Positions 24,410 to 38,760 of a stretch of DNA of 58,799 bases are shown one piece after another; position 1 is the stretch's first letter, and every line of letters starts with the position of its first letter. The translations under genes were made by a program, and so were the position numbers. The DNA is taken from positions 1 to 58,799 of the forward strand of contig ADNK01003420.1 of assembly GCA_000320545.1 (NCBI GenBank), given 5' to 3'. The notes under the pieces are model-generated. The model was not told the DNA's origin. It saw only the letters and a program-made list of their open reading frames with translations, and searched no databases. The stretch comes from Bigelowiella natans CCMP2755 (Eukaryota > Protista > Cercozoa).

Positions 24410-26090
24410 ATTTCTGCAGGGATTGTGCACAGTGTTTTAGTGATTCATAGAAACTGACAGACACATAATGTTTGATGATCGTCGCTAACAAAGGTGCAAA
24501 GTCCATTCCACTGTCCCAGTTGGCATTGTGTGCGGAGTTCGAGACGAACCAGCATGAAAACAAATGACACATGCTAGCATGACGGTCGATGTTGCACGTG
24601 TCGAACATGAACATGTGCACGCTTGCGCGCAAGTTGTCACTTTTGAATTCGTTTTGCAATCAAAACAATGAACCGCACATTCTGGAGCTGTTGCACGTAG
24701 CAAGTGGAGCGGAAGTGATGTGTCGAGGTGTTCAGCGCTTGTTAGCCATGCAAACTGCATGAGCGTGATGCTGAGATTGGTTGGATGAAATCATTGATTC
24801 GCATTCTTTAGCTCATTTTGGTGCAAACATGCGTGCTTCTTGCAAATGCAAGTTGCTGCGTTTGAAAATTCCAGAAAACGCAGCATTTTGCGCACGCGAA
24901 GCGCCCAAAAAAAGGAACACTTCTCTTGACAAGTGCACCAGCTGCATGATCCGCTGTGCGGTCATTTGACGTGCATGCACTTGGAACACACAAACACAAT
25001 GAACCGTTTGACGGTTTCAGTCCAACGGCAACGATTTGCTCACGGCAGGTGTGGACGTTGAACGTCTGATTTCGTCTGGTTCGCAAAAGTTCGAGACACT
25101 CCGGGTGCACGCCAGCATGGCTGGCGATGTGCGAAGCAAGAAAAGTTGCATCAAGCTGGCGAAGACTGCTGGACTGCTGGACTGCTGGAAGAATTGAACA
25201 CGCAACGTCGAACGGAGTCGAACTTGGCATTGATGCAAACAATCACGTGCACGCGCGAGCAGCAGGAAGCACCGTGCAATTGTGCGCCTGTGGAGATCAG
25301 ACGACTTCAATCAATTCGTGTCTGAGATCCGAACTGCCGAACGGCTGCTGCCCACTCAGCAGCACTTGGAAACAGACAGTCGAATGCCCGCCCGGATCAT
25401 CGCTTGTCCAGGGTGTGAACAATGGATGTGACAATGTGACACGTGACGTGTGCGCATTGCGTTGTCTCTAGCTGTTGCCTGCAATGTGATGCGGCGTCCC
25501 AGGCGTTTGGCCAGAACGACGACCTGGCGCACGACTGACACTCAGACGCAATCGCTTTGCAATGTGCGCTTGCAAGTCAACAAAAGAAGGGTTTTCTGAT
25601 GGTGCAACCGTGAGGATCACCAGGTGTTCCATCTCCTCGAAGATGAAGGTGAAGACTTGAAGGTGAACAAAGCATTGATCAAATTCACATGCGCCAGAAC
25701 CACATGGGAGACAGGTATGCACACGCAGCAGATCCTCAACAACAATCATTGCAAGGACTTGTCAGCACCCTGTTGGTGGTGAGTGACACAATTGGCTGGT
25801 GTCCTGCATCTGAGGAAGATGAGGACAATGAGTCCACGCTAGGTGAATCATCCATCAGTTGTTGGTGCAGTTGGAATGTGTCCAGGTTCTAACTGACATT
25901 TGCAGTGTTCGAAACGCAGTGCCTCGAAGTCAGATTGTGAGTTCTGGCCCGATGTTCTTCGGTTTCATGAGTCCCAGAAGAACGAAACTGAAGTTTCTCA
26001 CAGCACCGACCATTGCTTCTCACAGAGACGTCAATGGATCTAATTGCAACTTGATCGTAGAAACACGTTGCAATTGCTACAACTAGGCCT
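24410..26090. other. Strong TpA-depleted island
   Basis: From about 24485 to 25890 the surviving TA sites are CTAA, CTAG, GTAG or TTAG, with one GTAT at about 25715. No TA is seen from about 24812 to 25466. Confidence 0.92.
24808..25760 (-). pseudogene. Decayed, Tyr-less coding relic, possibly with ubiquitin-like folds
   Basis: Frameshifted ORF pieces (LLRVHTCLPCGSGACEFDQCFVHL, QVVVLAKRLGRRITLQATARDN, LASHIASHAGVHPECLELL...VGLKPSNGSLCLCVP) read as plausible protein when C/H are reverted to Y. Similarity to Ubl strands is weak. Confidence 0.45.
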
Positions 26091-26415
26091 TTGAATTGTG
26101 TAGCCGTCGATTAGTCCGTTGGAGTGGAGTCAATCAGCAAGAAGATCAGCGAGACCACCATCGAACTTGTGCTCCTTCTCCGGGCCGAGGTCATTTTGAG
26201 TAGCCCTGTTGTGTGTGGTGCGACAACCAAAAATCGGTGTCACACGGTCATTTTTTAGGCAATTTTGCAACTAATTGTTCGGTCGAATCCTCCCTCCGGA
26301 ACTTGGACGAGGAGACACCACCTTCCCCCTCCTCCTCCTCCTCCTCCTCCCAATGAAAGGAAAACGATAATGGGCCTATCTCGCTTATTTATCATTTTAA
26401 TCGAAGGAGAAAAGC

Positions 26416-27225
26416 ATGTCTAGTGCTTATGAAAGGGCGCATTGTATGCTCCGCACGGCGACATTTCCCCTCACCACGATTTGCATGCTCGCTGCGATTG
26501 CTGTCTGTTCAATTTTGGTCACCATCCCCAAACAACGAGAATTATCACCCAGAGCCATGATCACGAAAAGAAGAAAATGGGGAGGAATGGTCCAGTCTTT
26601 ATTTCCTGATCTATGTTTGACTCCTCCATTTTCGCAAAGTCCTGCTGGCAACAAGGAAAAGCACATCCAGGAAAGAAAGCAGTCGACAGGAACGATGATC
26701 TTGAGAGGAGGAGGAGGAGGAGAAGGAGGAGGGGCTCGAGAAGGCCCTGCAATAGTGGTAGGTGGGAACAAGGGAATAAAGGATAATTTGAACAACTACC
26801 ACAGCGACTATAATATGATGGCGGTGATGATGCGTACGTTCCAACTTCGACTTCTGAGGGGTGGTTACTATTCTGGTAATAAATATTGATACAACACAAC
26901 ATCATCAACAACGCCAATGTCCACTATCTTCCTCCCTCTCTATATGTGATTACATCCTTGTATGGCACATTATTATTATTCGGTTCGCTTATTATTCTAC
27001 TGAATGATGTTCAATGTCTATTTTTAAGATAATGGTGGAGACCATGCTAGTGAGCACCACCTCGGAAGTAGAGATGATAATGATGATGATGATGATGACG
27101 ATGGGGAAGGAGAACAAGAAGAGATAGAAGAAAACGACGAAGAAGGCGAAAATGGCAGCATTTGGTGAATGCCACAGTAGTTGTCTACACATTCTTGATA
27201 AATTATGACACAAGCTCACTCACTC

Positions 27226-27305
<80 letters not shown>

Positions 27306-27822
27306 TTTTGAACAATTTTATATCCTGTTTTGTATTACTACTCTAAAATTATATAGCATACAATCATTATCTGTTATATCTCCCTCCCTTAAGTGATCCT
27401 CCTACTACTGCTACCTAACAGGACATTGTTAAGTGCATTGATCGAATTTATTGCCCAGAAACAATATGATGATTCTCAATGATTCTGATCGAATTTATAG
27501 CCCAAAAACAATATGATGATTCTCAATGATTCTGCCGCTTGTTGTTGATGAATATAGCAGCAATAATAAGGATACGAGCACTTATCATCACCCGTCCTTA
27601 AAATCGACTCTTGTGGTGGATCAACTAACAGGACAACGGTCATACGTGATTACATCCTGTAGCACTACATAATACGACCATTCTGTTTTAGAAATAACGA
27701 TATATATCTTGATGCAGGCCAGTGTGGTGGAGTTTTCTTCTTCCTCTTCCTCCTCCTCCTCCTCCTCCTCCTCCTCCTCCTCCTCTCAGATGCTCGATTA
27801 AAGTCACCAACCTCACATATTT

Positions 27823-27855
<33 letters not shown>

Positions 27856-28093
27856 AATACCACTTTAGATATCGGCGAGTTAGGTACAGCGGTATGAGTG
27901 ATCCTTTCAATCTCAAACGATGGGAATATGATGAGGTAGTAGTACTCGCAGAACAACTATTAGTAGATTATTATTATGCCTAATAAAACAGCTGATGGTG
28001 GTGCTGCTGCTTAAGATTAAATTCTATGTTGTAGTATCATTGCCAACCGTCGAGCAACCACCAGCAAAGCAGCAGCAGCAGCAGCCATAACCG

Positions 28094-28127
<34 letters not shown>

Positions 28128-28273
28128 GGACCACTAGTAGCAGCAGCAGCTGTCATAATCTATGTTGTTACTATATTTTTGTTGTTATTGTCAAATAGCA
28201 GAGCAGCAACCACAGCAGCAGCCATTTGCTCTTTCTCCTATTATTCCCCTTCTTCCATGATTTGTTACTATTA

Positions 28274-28309
<36 letters not shown>

Positions 28310-28540
28310 TTCTCCTCTTTTTATTCATGCTGCTGCAGCACCCTTTCGGGTACTACTGTTTTACTATGACTGATACATCAAGTTTATACATCATCTTTAA
28401 CAGGAACTCCAAGATGGAGAAGACCATAGCAGCGTAAGATTCACAGAAGATGATATAGCAAGAGGTAATAACTGGGGAGGGAGAAAGGAGGAGGGAGAAA
28501 CCAATACAAAATACTGTTTTGATAGGATGCCAATGTGAAT

Positions 28541-28575
<35 letters not shown>

Positions 28576-28616
28576 ATGATCATCATCATTATAATTAAGG
28601 GGACACAATTCAAAAT

Positions 28617-28647
<31 letters not shown>

Positions 28648-29228
28648 ATAGTAGTAGTACGTGTTTAAGAAGGCATGATAATGATGATGACTATGATACC
28701 TCCTTGCCTCCCACCAATTCCTTCCTCAATCATTTATACGATAATGTTAATCATCATCACCTTTCTTATTTGCAGCAAAAGAATCCGTCTCCTATTACAT
28801 TTCTGCTAATCGAAGCGAGTGTGCTGGGAACATTGCCTACTTTGAACGCCAATTTGGACCGATTCAACCTCCTCCTCCTCATCCTCCTCCTCCTGTAGTA
28901 GCAGTAGCAGCAGCGGCAGTTGGTTGTCCTAACACGGACTACTACTACAACAAGAAGAATAAGAAGAATAGAAACAGGGTGTTTGATCAGCAACAACAGC
29001 AAGACTATGCTGCTGCAAGTATTAGAAGAAGAAGAGATGATGCTTTAGCACCCCACTACTCTACACCAACAACACATCAGAAGGCTACTGTCGAGGAAGG
29101 GAAACAGCACAATTTAAATAATGAAAACAATCAAAATGAAGGATCATCCGCCTTTCGTACATTAATGCTTGAAGAGCTGCAAGAGATATCTGAGCAACTA
29201 CAGCAGCTTGGTTTCGATGTATGTTGTA

Positions 29229-29270
<42 letters not shown>

Positions 29271-29375
29271 ATAAGTATGGCATTTACCAAGTATTGCATT
29301 CTTCTTACCACACCCTATCACATTTCAAAGAAGTCGATAAGAATAATGTGTAACAGTGTGCATATGTAACAAACG

Positions 29376-29410
<35 letters not shown>

Positions 29411-29987
29411 TCACAAAACACGCATACATGTATTTACATATAATCATACATGCACATGTAGCATTTCTAAAGATTTGGTGGTTGCTGCTGTATAAGTATC
29501 ATCTTGATCCTTATTATCCAATTTTGTTGTTATTGTTGTGCTGATTACATAGAAAAACGAGTTTGGGGTAAACTTTCTACCAGCCCCAACGGTAAGAAAA
29601 GAGATCCTTTCAGTATATCACACTATCAAAATACAGCAATCTCGACGAAGTAGCAGCAGGCAGACAGCAGCACATTGAAGCAGCAGCAGCTATATGTATA
29701 ATACATTCTAAAAGAAGATGGAAAGGAACAAAATAGAGTAAGACATCATGGATGATCATGGACGATAATGTATTTAAATAGAACCACCCACTATTCTATG
29801 CTCACTACTACTACTACTATTACTACTACTACTTACTCTACTACTCACCATAATTGTCACCATAATCACCACCACCAATCGTCACCATCATCATTATTAT
29901 AATAACAACTCTAGAATTTGGTTGGAAGAGATGACCTGGTTGCTACATCTCGTGGATACAAAGATGGGAGGTAAACAAATATAGATG

Positions 29988-30026
<39 letters not shown>

Positions 30027-30095
30027 AAGGTAGAATGTTCAGGCAATCCTGAAGAAGGAAAATTAACATCATCACGACTAGCAATAAATAACCGC

Positions 30096-30128
<33 letters not shown>

Positions 30129-31294
30129 TCTTATTATTACCTTTTTCATTAGTACCTACTACTTCTTGCATTTGTTCTTGTAATTCATAGAAGGACATAA
30201 TGAGTTAAGATGAAATTGTTAGTATTGTTAATATTCTTGAAATTATTAGTAATGTTAATAATCTTCATCATGATAACTTCCACAACCACCACCACCACCA
30301 CCCGCATTATCAATCATCTTATATTATTTTGACCCTTCATCAGAATAATGTTCAATGCCTCATCATCATCCTCCTCATCCTTCTCTCTCCTTCTCTCTCT
30401 CTTATTCCTTTCAGTTCCGCGATGTTTGACAGCCCATTCGGTAATCATTCGTCCGCCCCCCCCCCCCCCCCCCCCCCCCCTCTTCCTTTCTCCCCCTTTC
30501 TTTCACCCACTCCATTTTAAATTTAAAACTAGTACCCATATAAATATATTCCTTACCTTCTTTTAGAATTAGTATCTTTGATTTCTTCCTTTCTCTTAGT
30601 TCTTCTTCTATTTCACCTATACATAGCGTGTGTTTAGAAGTAGTAATAGGAATAGCTACATGATGATGCCTTAAGATGATAATATCAGTAAGGGGTAGTA
30701 GGAAGCAGTAGCCGTAGTATTCCATATAATATATAAGTACCAAGCGTCATCCATGATTGTGTGTATTTTATTATATGTAGTAGAGCTAACTCTTTCATTG
30801 ATTAATTTTTCAGGAATTGCTGTATCACCATCAAATGAGTACATTGTTGCTGATAGCTTCAATAGGTGTTATTTGCGGTGTTTGTACCTTCTGTGATTGA
30901 GTGGGTGAGTGGTAGCTTAAGAGTAGGGTAGAGGAAGAGGAGAAAGGAAGAGGAGAGGATGGGATCGAGTGAGTATTGACCCCCTGAGCTCTCCTCTTTC
31001 TAAGATGATGCTGCTGCCTTTCTCCGTCTTTTTATTCTTTTTATTATTAATTATTATTGCGTAAAAGAGAGAAGAAGAAAAAGACGAAGAAGATGATAAA
31101 GAAGAAGGGCATTGAGTATGAAACAAAACCAATAAGAGTTTTACACCTCTTTCTTCTCTCTCTCTCTCTTTCTCCTCCCCTCCTATCTCTTTGAATAGAA
31201 GGATACGTGTTCTGAGCCCTGGAGGTATCGCTAGGACGCTTGCTGGAGATGGAAGGTGCTGTTGTGTATGTGTTTTTTCCTTTCCTGAGCTACC

Positions 31295-31332
<38 letters not shown>

Positions 31333-31384
31333 ATGTAAATGATTACATTCGATAAAGAGATCGTCTCCTCCATTATCATACCTG

Positions 31385-31461
<77 letters not shown>

Positions 31462-31743
31462 AGAGAGAGAGATATATATATATATATATATATGTGCGTA
31501 TATATATATATAATATTTACGTAAAAATATACAACAAATAGAGAAATTGCCATAGATGGAATGGGAACAAGAGCTTCATTCAGAAGGTTCGTAGCAGTGA
31601 TATTGAGGATGATAATATGATACCAATAGAGACAGACGATAGAGGCAAAGACAAAAAAGTAGGCTGCTATATTTTGCTGGATATGATATTGTCATCATCA
31701 TCATCATCACCACCACCACCATCCTCTCCTTTTCCTTCTTCTT

Positions 31744-31774
<31 letters not shown>

Positions 31775-31853
31775 AAAACAGTCCTAACGGCATCTGCTGC
31801 TCTCCAAGCGGAGATGTGATGTTCCATTTAAAACAAAATGAATTGTAGATGAG

Positions 31854-31889
<36 letters not shown>

Positions 31890-32368
31890 TGGTAATATCT
31901 TAAACACAACAGATGAATTAAAAAATAGTACATATATCATCCCAAGGTACCCTGACAGGAGCAACCTAAAAATACTATCATTGCCTATATATTTGACACA
32001 CACAATGTGTTTGTGTGCAATAATGTGTGGTAGATGTATATGAATGCGTGTGTTTATATTCTCTGACCCTCCCCCTCCCTACAATATATGTTAAAACACG
32101 TTGCTGGCGACGAGGACAGATATATGTAGCAGACACGTGGGCTCATAGAATACGGAAAATATCTCCTATGGGGGAAACCACCACGATTGCTGGCTCGCTT
32201 GTAATTTGATTTTAAGATAACGATGAGGATGATGATGATGATGAGGATGATGATGATGATGATGATGATTATGATTTTCATGCGTACACATCCACCACAG
32301 TGATATATACACTACCATCATCACAATAAAGGGTTTGGCGTCTCATGGGGATGGCCTAGGAGTATGGC

Positions 32369-32403
<35 letters not shown>

Positions 32404-32680
32404 ACACCATCATCACAGTTTGAGGAGGAGGAAGAGAAGAACTTATTAGTACCAGAATTTAAGGGTAATCAAGGAAGAATCAGAGCTACTAGTCTCCAAC
32501 CCATTGAACAGCAGTTTCACCGACTCTCGCTTAATAAGCAAGAAGGTTACACGGAGGGGAGAGGGATGATAGGTCCAATAACAGCTCCTTCACTAGAAGT
32601 AACGGCTCTATCTACCCCTTATTCCTCATCAAAAACTATTTGATGATGAGAAAACATGAACAACAACGCACCTAAATCAT

Positions 32681-32720
<40 letters not shown>

Positions 32721-33595
32721 TATCATACTTAATGGTAATAATGTTAACGAAAGATTCTATGTTTCATCTTGTACGTTTATGCCTACATAGTGTACTCCAG
32801 AACATGATCCTGTAACGTGTTAATTCGTAGTTGGCGAGGTTCCATGCACCCTTCGATGTAGCGTGGGATCATAGAGAGAGCGGGTGATTATGAAAATATT
32901 GATGAATCTACATTTGATAAACTTTCATCCAATATCAAGACAAATTAATAACAGCATATTCAAAGCAACTATATATATATATATATATATATATAAATTA
33001 CTTATATTTGTTTGTTGTTGTGTGTGTAATTAATCGTCTGAAATCAGAGTGTTAGACTCGTCGTATAACCTTTTTTGGAGTATTTCCTAATTCAACCGTA
33101 CAATAATATTCATAATCATCATGATTTTTTCCCCTTTAACATCAATTAGTTGTGTCATTGTAGCTGACACTGGAAATAGGGCCATTCGAAGGGTATTTTC
33201 ATTATAAATATTCTCAATAATTTTCACAAACAGAAAACATATTATTAATTATCTTCTTTGTACATTCCCTAAACATTATTCACTGTTGGAAGTATATTTT
33301 ATTTGCATCAACATTTTTTTTGGCACATATGTATATACGTAATATAATGAAAAAAAAGGACGTAGAAGTGATTTATTCTCCATAATCATATATCTTTGTA
33401 ACACATTTAATTAAGATAATTCTTGCCAAGAATATGGTGGAAACACTGTATAAAGCCCCTGATGAGTATACTCCTGGAGACGATGAAATCGCCTTTGGGT
33501 TAGAAGGAGCAGTAGGGGAAGGGGGAGCAGAGTGTGCGAATGTTTGTATAAGGGAGATGTATGTGCATGTGTGCGCTTGTGTGCGGGTGTGTGTA

Positions 33596-33640
<45 letters not shown>

Positions 33641-34369
33641 ATATGTTTGCGATAGATCAATGTTTGTTATAATGCAGAAAAAAGCAAGAAGAAAGAAGAC
33701 AAAGGGAGAAAAAAGAAAGTACAAAAGGCAGGCCACCTCGTTTACATCCGGATGAAGAAACTGTCACGTTCAAACAACTTAAAAATATCAAATTTAGTTT
33801 TATATTTATAGAGCGCGTGCGTGCCCTGACCTAGTTTTTGTTCTGCAAAGGGTTAAGAAGCTTTATAAAAAATATCAAATCGTATTAAATTGTTTTTTTC
33901 CTTATGTGATTCATTAGGATGTCGAAGAGGCTGCGGTGGCGCAAGCATATAAAGATGCAGGTAGCATTTGTTTTATCTCACTTCGCTCTTGTTTCTTGAC
34001 GGTTACAAATTAAATGTAAAGATTAGGATATTAATTTACATTACTTTGGGTTTTGGAGCAAAACAAACATGAATTCTTGATTTGTATTCTGATCTCTCTT
34101 TTCTTCTTCTTCTTCTTCTTCTTCTTCTTCTTCTTCATCTAACTTTTCATTCAGAAATTAAACACAACAGCGAGGATGATGAGATGATGCCGTTTCCGCA
34201 CTTTGTGTTTCCACAGTGTTTGTGCATTTCACATCGAATCCAAGGATGGTATGTTCAATCTATCTATTTCATCGCTTATTTTTTTCTTCCACATATATAC
34301 ACATACGCACATATGAATACTCACACACACTAATAATCAAACACATGCACGCACAAACGCACACGCACA

Positions 34370-34422
<53 letters not shown>

Positions 34423-34557
34423 TCATCGTCGTTTTTGACATCAATATTACTCTCACTAACAGTGACCACGTATACCAAAGAGACAGTTAAATTTTTTTCA
34501 GTCAAGTTTGTGCTATTATTGTTACTATCTCATGTGCATATTGTATAACGTATTAAG

Positions 34558-34602
<45 letters not shown>

Positions 34603-34608
34603 TCACTC

Positions 34609-34652
<44 letters not shown>

Positions 34653-35918
34653 TATCATTTACCGTATGATTAAGGGACATATATATTTCTGACTCGTTAA
34701 GTCATCGCATATATCGTCTTGATGAAGACGGAAAGGTTATTATGTGAAAAAGATGAGTATATACTATTTTTCCTAACATATAATTTAGTTACACTCTCTT
34801 TCTGATCAATTCTTATAGACTCAATTTAAAGGTAAGTCTTACTGATCTTCCTTTCTCCTGTGTGCTTTATATTATTATAGCTCTCTGTATTAGCGGGGGG
34901 CGTCTACGGGCGTAGAGACGGCTTTGCAACTAAAGCAAGAGTGTGCATATCAATTATTTCGAGAAACAGAGATTTCATCACTTGTACACTTGAGCAATCC
35001 ACTATGAATCTGCCCTACAAAGCTACATATATCATACATGACAGATAGAGAATAATTAATTTTACTTTTGTTTCTAGTTCAATAGACCTTCCGGAATTGC
35101 CGCGGCTCAAGATGGTCACATCTACGTTGTTGATATTGGAAGTTTTTCTTACCGGAGAATCGATCCTTTGGTTGTCCTAAATATCAAAAGCAACAATAAC
35201 TAAAGATTAGTACGATGTCGATGATTAGCTTCCAATCACTTATCACATCGTGTGTCTGTGTGTGTGTTCAGTAATAGAAGGAGATACAGAAAAATATTCA
35301 GCTCAATAAATATACGTTGTTTAGTGAGGATATGAAGCACATCCACTCTATTGAGCAGAACTTTTGGTATTTGTAGGGATTTGTGTCCACACTAGGCGAT
35401 CTAGGAAGAACCACAACCACAGATATTTACCGAGGGGCAAAAAATCTGAATCAATTCTTCGTAATTAACTAACTAATTTTAACTGTGATCTAAATTCTTT
35501 TGATTTCAGTAAAGTTGAAATTTTTTTTACCAGTTGTATAATTCCCTACTTAGGTTTTTTTTTATAATTATAGTCATGAGTGTTTACCAAAACTTAGTTT
35601 AATTGTCCTGTCAATCTCTACGTATTTGTTTCTGTGTGTTATAAAATGTACTAAATAAATAGGCACCATGCGCAATCGCATTAGCAAAGAAAGATAGGTA
35701 ATACTTTCTCCAGTGCTAACGTTTTAGTTGAATTACTCATCGAGAGTTGTTATTTATGTCGTTATCATGACTAAAATAGTAGTAAGCGTGGTTTCACTAA
35801 CTTTTTAAATGTTACGTTTCAAATCAGGTTGCTGCTCTTGTGTGACCCGTACAATCATGAGATACGAACTTCTCGTCTACCAAAGCTTAGGACAGATATC
35901 GAGATTAATGAAGATTAA
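26416..35918 (+). CDS. NHL-repeat beta-propeller protein with signal/transit-like leader and acidic N-terminal region (over 20 exons)
   Basis: Exons: GYKDG|SSAMFDSPF|GIAVSPSNEYIVADSFN|RIRVLSPGGIARTLAGDG; PNGICCSPSG; GQIYVADTWAHRIRKISPMGETTTIAG; FHAPFDVAWD; VIVADTGNRAIRR; DIYISDSLSHRIYRLD; RDGFATKAR|FNRPSGIAAAQDGHIYVVD. Stop at 35916-35918. Joining the 5' exons to the NHL exons as one gene is inferred. Confidence 0.82.
27439..27533 (+). repeat. Intronic tandem duplication of about 47 bp
   Basis: tgatcgaatttat(t/a)gccca(g/a)aaacaatatgatgattctcaatgattc occurs twice. Confidence 0.85.
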
Positions 35919-36783
35919 CGTGCAGAAGCATACGGGATGCATCTAACGCATCGTGAGATGACGAAGAAATATTACAAATTTCGATCGATTACTATTTGAT
36001 TATCAACTTAATAATGGTCGCCACATTTATCTTATTTATTACCATTATCATTTCCTCTACAAATTGCATCATTTTTGCGTGATGGTGGTCTCAATTTGGC
36101 CAATTTTATTTTAATTTGATGTTTGTGACCTTGTTCTCACATTGAAAATGATTTCCCCTTGCAAGACGTATCTATACGGGGGAGACTAACTTGAACAAAA
36201 ATACGTACATCCCACTCAAATCTCATCTTGCGTGTGCGCGCGCGCCGCGTCCTCGTACATGCGAGTAATCAATGTACGTATATAATGAGGATCCAAAAGA
36301 AACATGTTATCAATAAAGGCGGGAGTGTCGGTGCGTGCTGATTAAACCTGTCGCTTTTGATTTATTAAAATTTGCAATATACAAATATCTACAGCAAATT
36401 GCTTTACATAATGTGTGTGGAATTGCCCGGCGCTCTTATCACCAATCAATGCATGCACGATGCGATGATAAAAGATGGCACTCTACATTGTGGAATAAAA
36501 ACTTTGCACTCACATCAATAATAAGGGCACGCATTCAGGTGCGTGTATACGTCATGCGGGCGAGTAGAGACAAGCGACATTCAATATCTTGTGACAATCT
36601 CATGTAATGAATTGTATGCGGTGATGACATGAATAACGTGCGGCTACTTCATCACCACGCATCCTACTTGCAAGTCCATGCATAGACTGATGCAATGCAC
36701 AGCAAATTCAATGTCACTATCACATATTTTCATGGGGAGTCCTCGGTATAATTTTTCGCGTTATCGCCATTATTGATGTTTAG

Positions 36784-38183
36784 TTAGAATAAACCATTTC
36801 CCCGATCAGTGTAGTATTCCCTGCATAATAGATTTAAATATCACTTTAGTGAAGCCTCTCACAAAATTTTGGCTACAAATAATAGAGACTTCGCAACTGC
36901 ATAAATACTAAATAGTACAATCGGCAAAACGCGTATTAGTAAGTCATCTTCACTAACAAAATTACTTGTATCGATAGATTTGTCCAACCCATCCAACGAC
37001 GTCATCTTCGCTTACTGTACTTTTTTTGAACTTAATTGTGTAGTGATTGGTCCTAGTCACGATCCGAATAATTCTATCCTTGTAATCGTCGTCGTCGACT
37101 TTTTTGACGTGGCGTATTAGCTCGATTTCATCATCGGGTAATGGGAGAGGGAAATTTTTGTCTTTCCCTAGAGCCCTTAACACCTACATTATTTGGTATA
37201 AGCTGATCAGTAAAAACTCAAGCTTCCGTTCATACTGCATCCATTTTTCCTATTGGTGTAGACGACGAAAATAAATGTAAAAGTTGTTATAATACCGCTG
37301 CCTCTTTGCCGAACAAGAACATGCCTTCTGATGGATTGAGGGGTTCTAATGCCAAATAGTTCTTCGGAACAAACTGCCCATCCTCATTCTCAATTAAGAC
37401 ATCCTTAGTCCTCATAGGATGTAACTATATGATGATGTGTGATGATTGGATGGATGGATGGATGGATGGATGGATGACAACAGTGGCCCAACAAGTAGTA
37501 AATTGAAATATCAAAATAACAAGGATTGTATAGTTGCTTCCATCATTCAACGCTTAATGCACTTGCAGAGTGGGAGAGGACAGCTAGCGTAGTAAGCGAG
37601 AAAAATTGAAGAACACAGATACGGAGATGCATGCGGGAGTTTTGAATTTTGAAAAAGTATGAGCAAAGTAAGTAGTAACTAGCATTCCCCAATAGCCACA
37701 AATGCTTGCAAACAACCACTGTACTTACTACTGCTACTACATATCGGCACTATTATATTAGTTATCGTATCTTACCCTCTTGAACATATCGTCGGCTTTC
37801 TTTTTGACTGTTTTCTTTTGCAGGTATTCATCGTCTATTGAAAGCCCATATTCGTTTACTTTGGAAGCTAAAAGAGAAGAGAGTAAGGGGGACTAAGATT
37901 AGTGAAAGAGCACAACCAAGACAGCAATACGATAGAGACGAAATATGTTGGTGCTGCAAGAAAAATGGGTGCATGAAAGGGGGGAAAGAAGAAGAATCTA
38001 TTGTCTAAGCATATTCGACATCATATGGCACTCTCACAATAATTGCCGACTCATCACCGATATAGTGTGGAAATTTTCGGGTAGTATTATTAATAATACT
38101 CGAAAACCACCACCCTGACTAGCCAATGTGTTCCTAATACTTACATGCCACTCACAATACTGCTTGTTGGGCCATACAAAAGA

Positions 38184-38215
<32 letters not shown>

Positions 38216-38760
38216 TATGATTTATCATTACCAAAATCCTCAACTCGAGCGATCTGAGCTATGTTGACCTTACGATCCACTTGATCCTCCTCCTCCTCCT
38301 CATCATCATCCTCCTCTTCATCCTCATAAACAACCATTTTACCACGTTTCATCTCATAATCTCGAGTTCCCTTAGCTGTCCCTTTACTCTTCCATGTCTC
38401 TGGCTCAACAGCTAAAGAGGTGGGACTATCGCTGGCAGAATATCCTTGTCTTGGATGACTACTACTTGGTGATGGTTGTGTCATTTCTTCCATGTATACA
38501 TCAATATGATCCAGTTCAGGTAATGACACACCCATTTCCGTCGTAGGTGATACACCCAGTGATTTCTTCATTACGTGTTTCTCTCCTCCCCGCTGAGATG
38601 AACAGCATGAAGAATATGATGGCTTTTTGTTTTGAGACTGTTGCTGCTTGTGATTTTCCACACCATTCGAAGATGTGCCCGGCTCGACTTGCGCTGGAGC
38701 CGTCAAAGCTGCTTCTTCATTGCCACTATCCTTATTCGATCTTCCAGCTACGCAACCCAT
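36784..38760 (-). CDS. Predicted N-myristoylated/palmitoylated protein with a possible PH-like C-terminus
   Basis: Starts MGCVAGRS, followed by a 200-aa low-complexity first exon. Later exons include EYGLSIDDEYLQKK, MRTKDVLIENEDGQF, IIRIVTRTNHYTIKF...EDDVVGWVGQIYRY|KEYYTDRGNGLF*. The terminal helix with W resembles PH domains. Confidence 0.6.
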
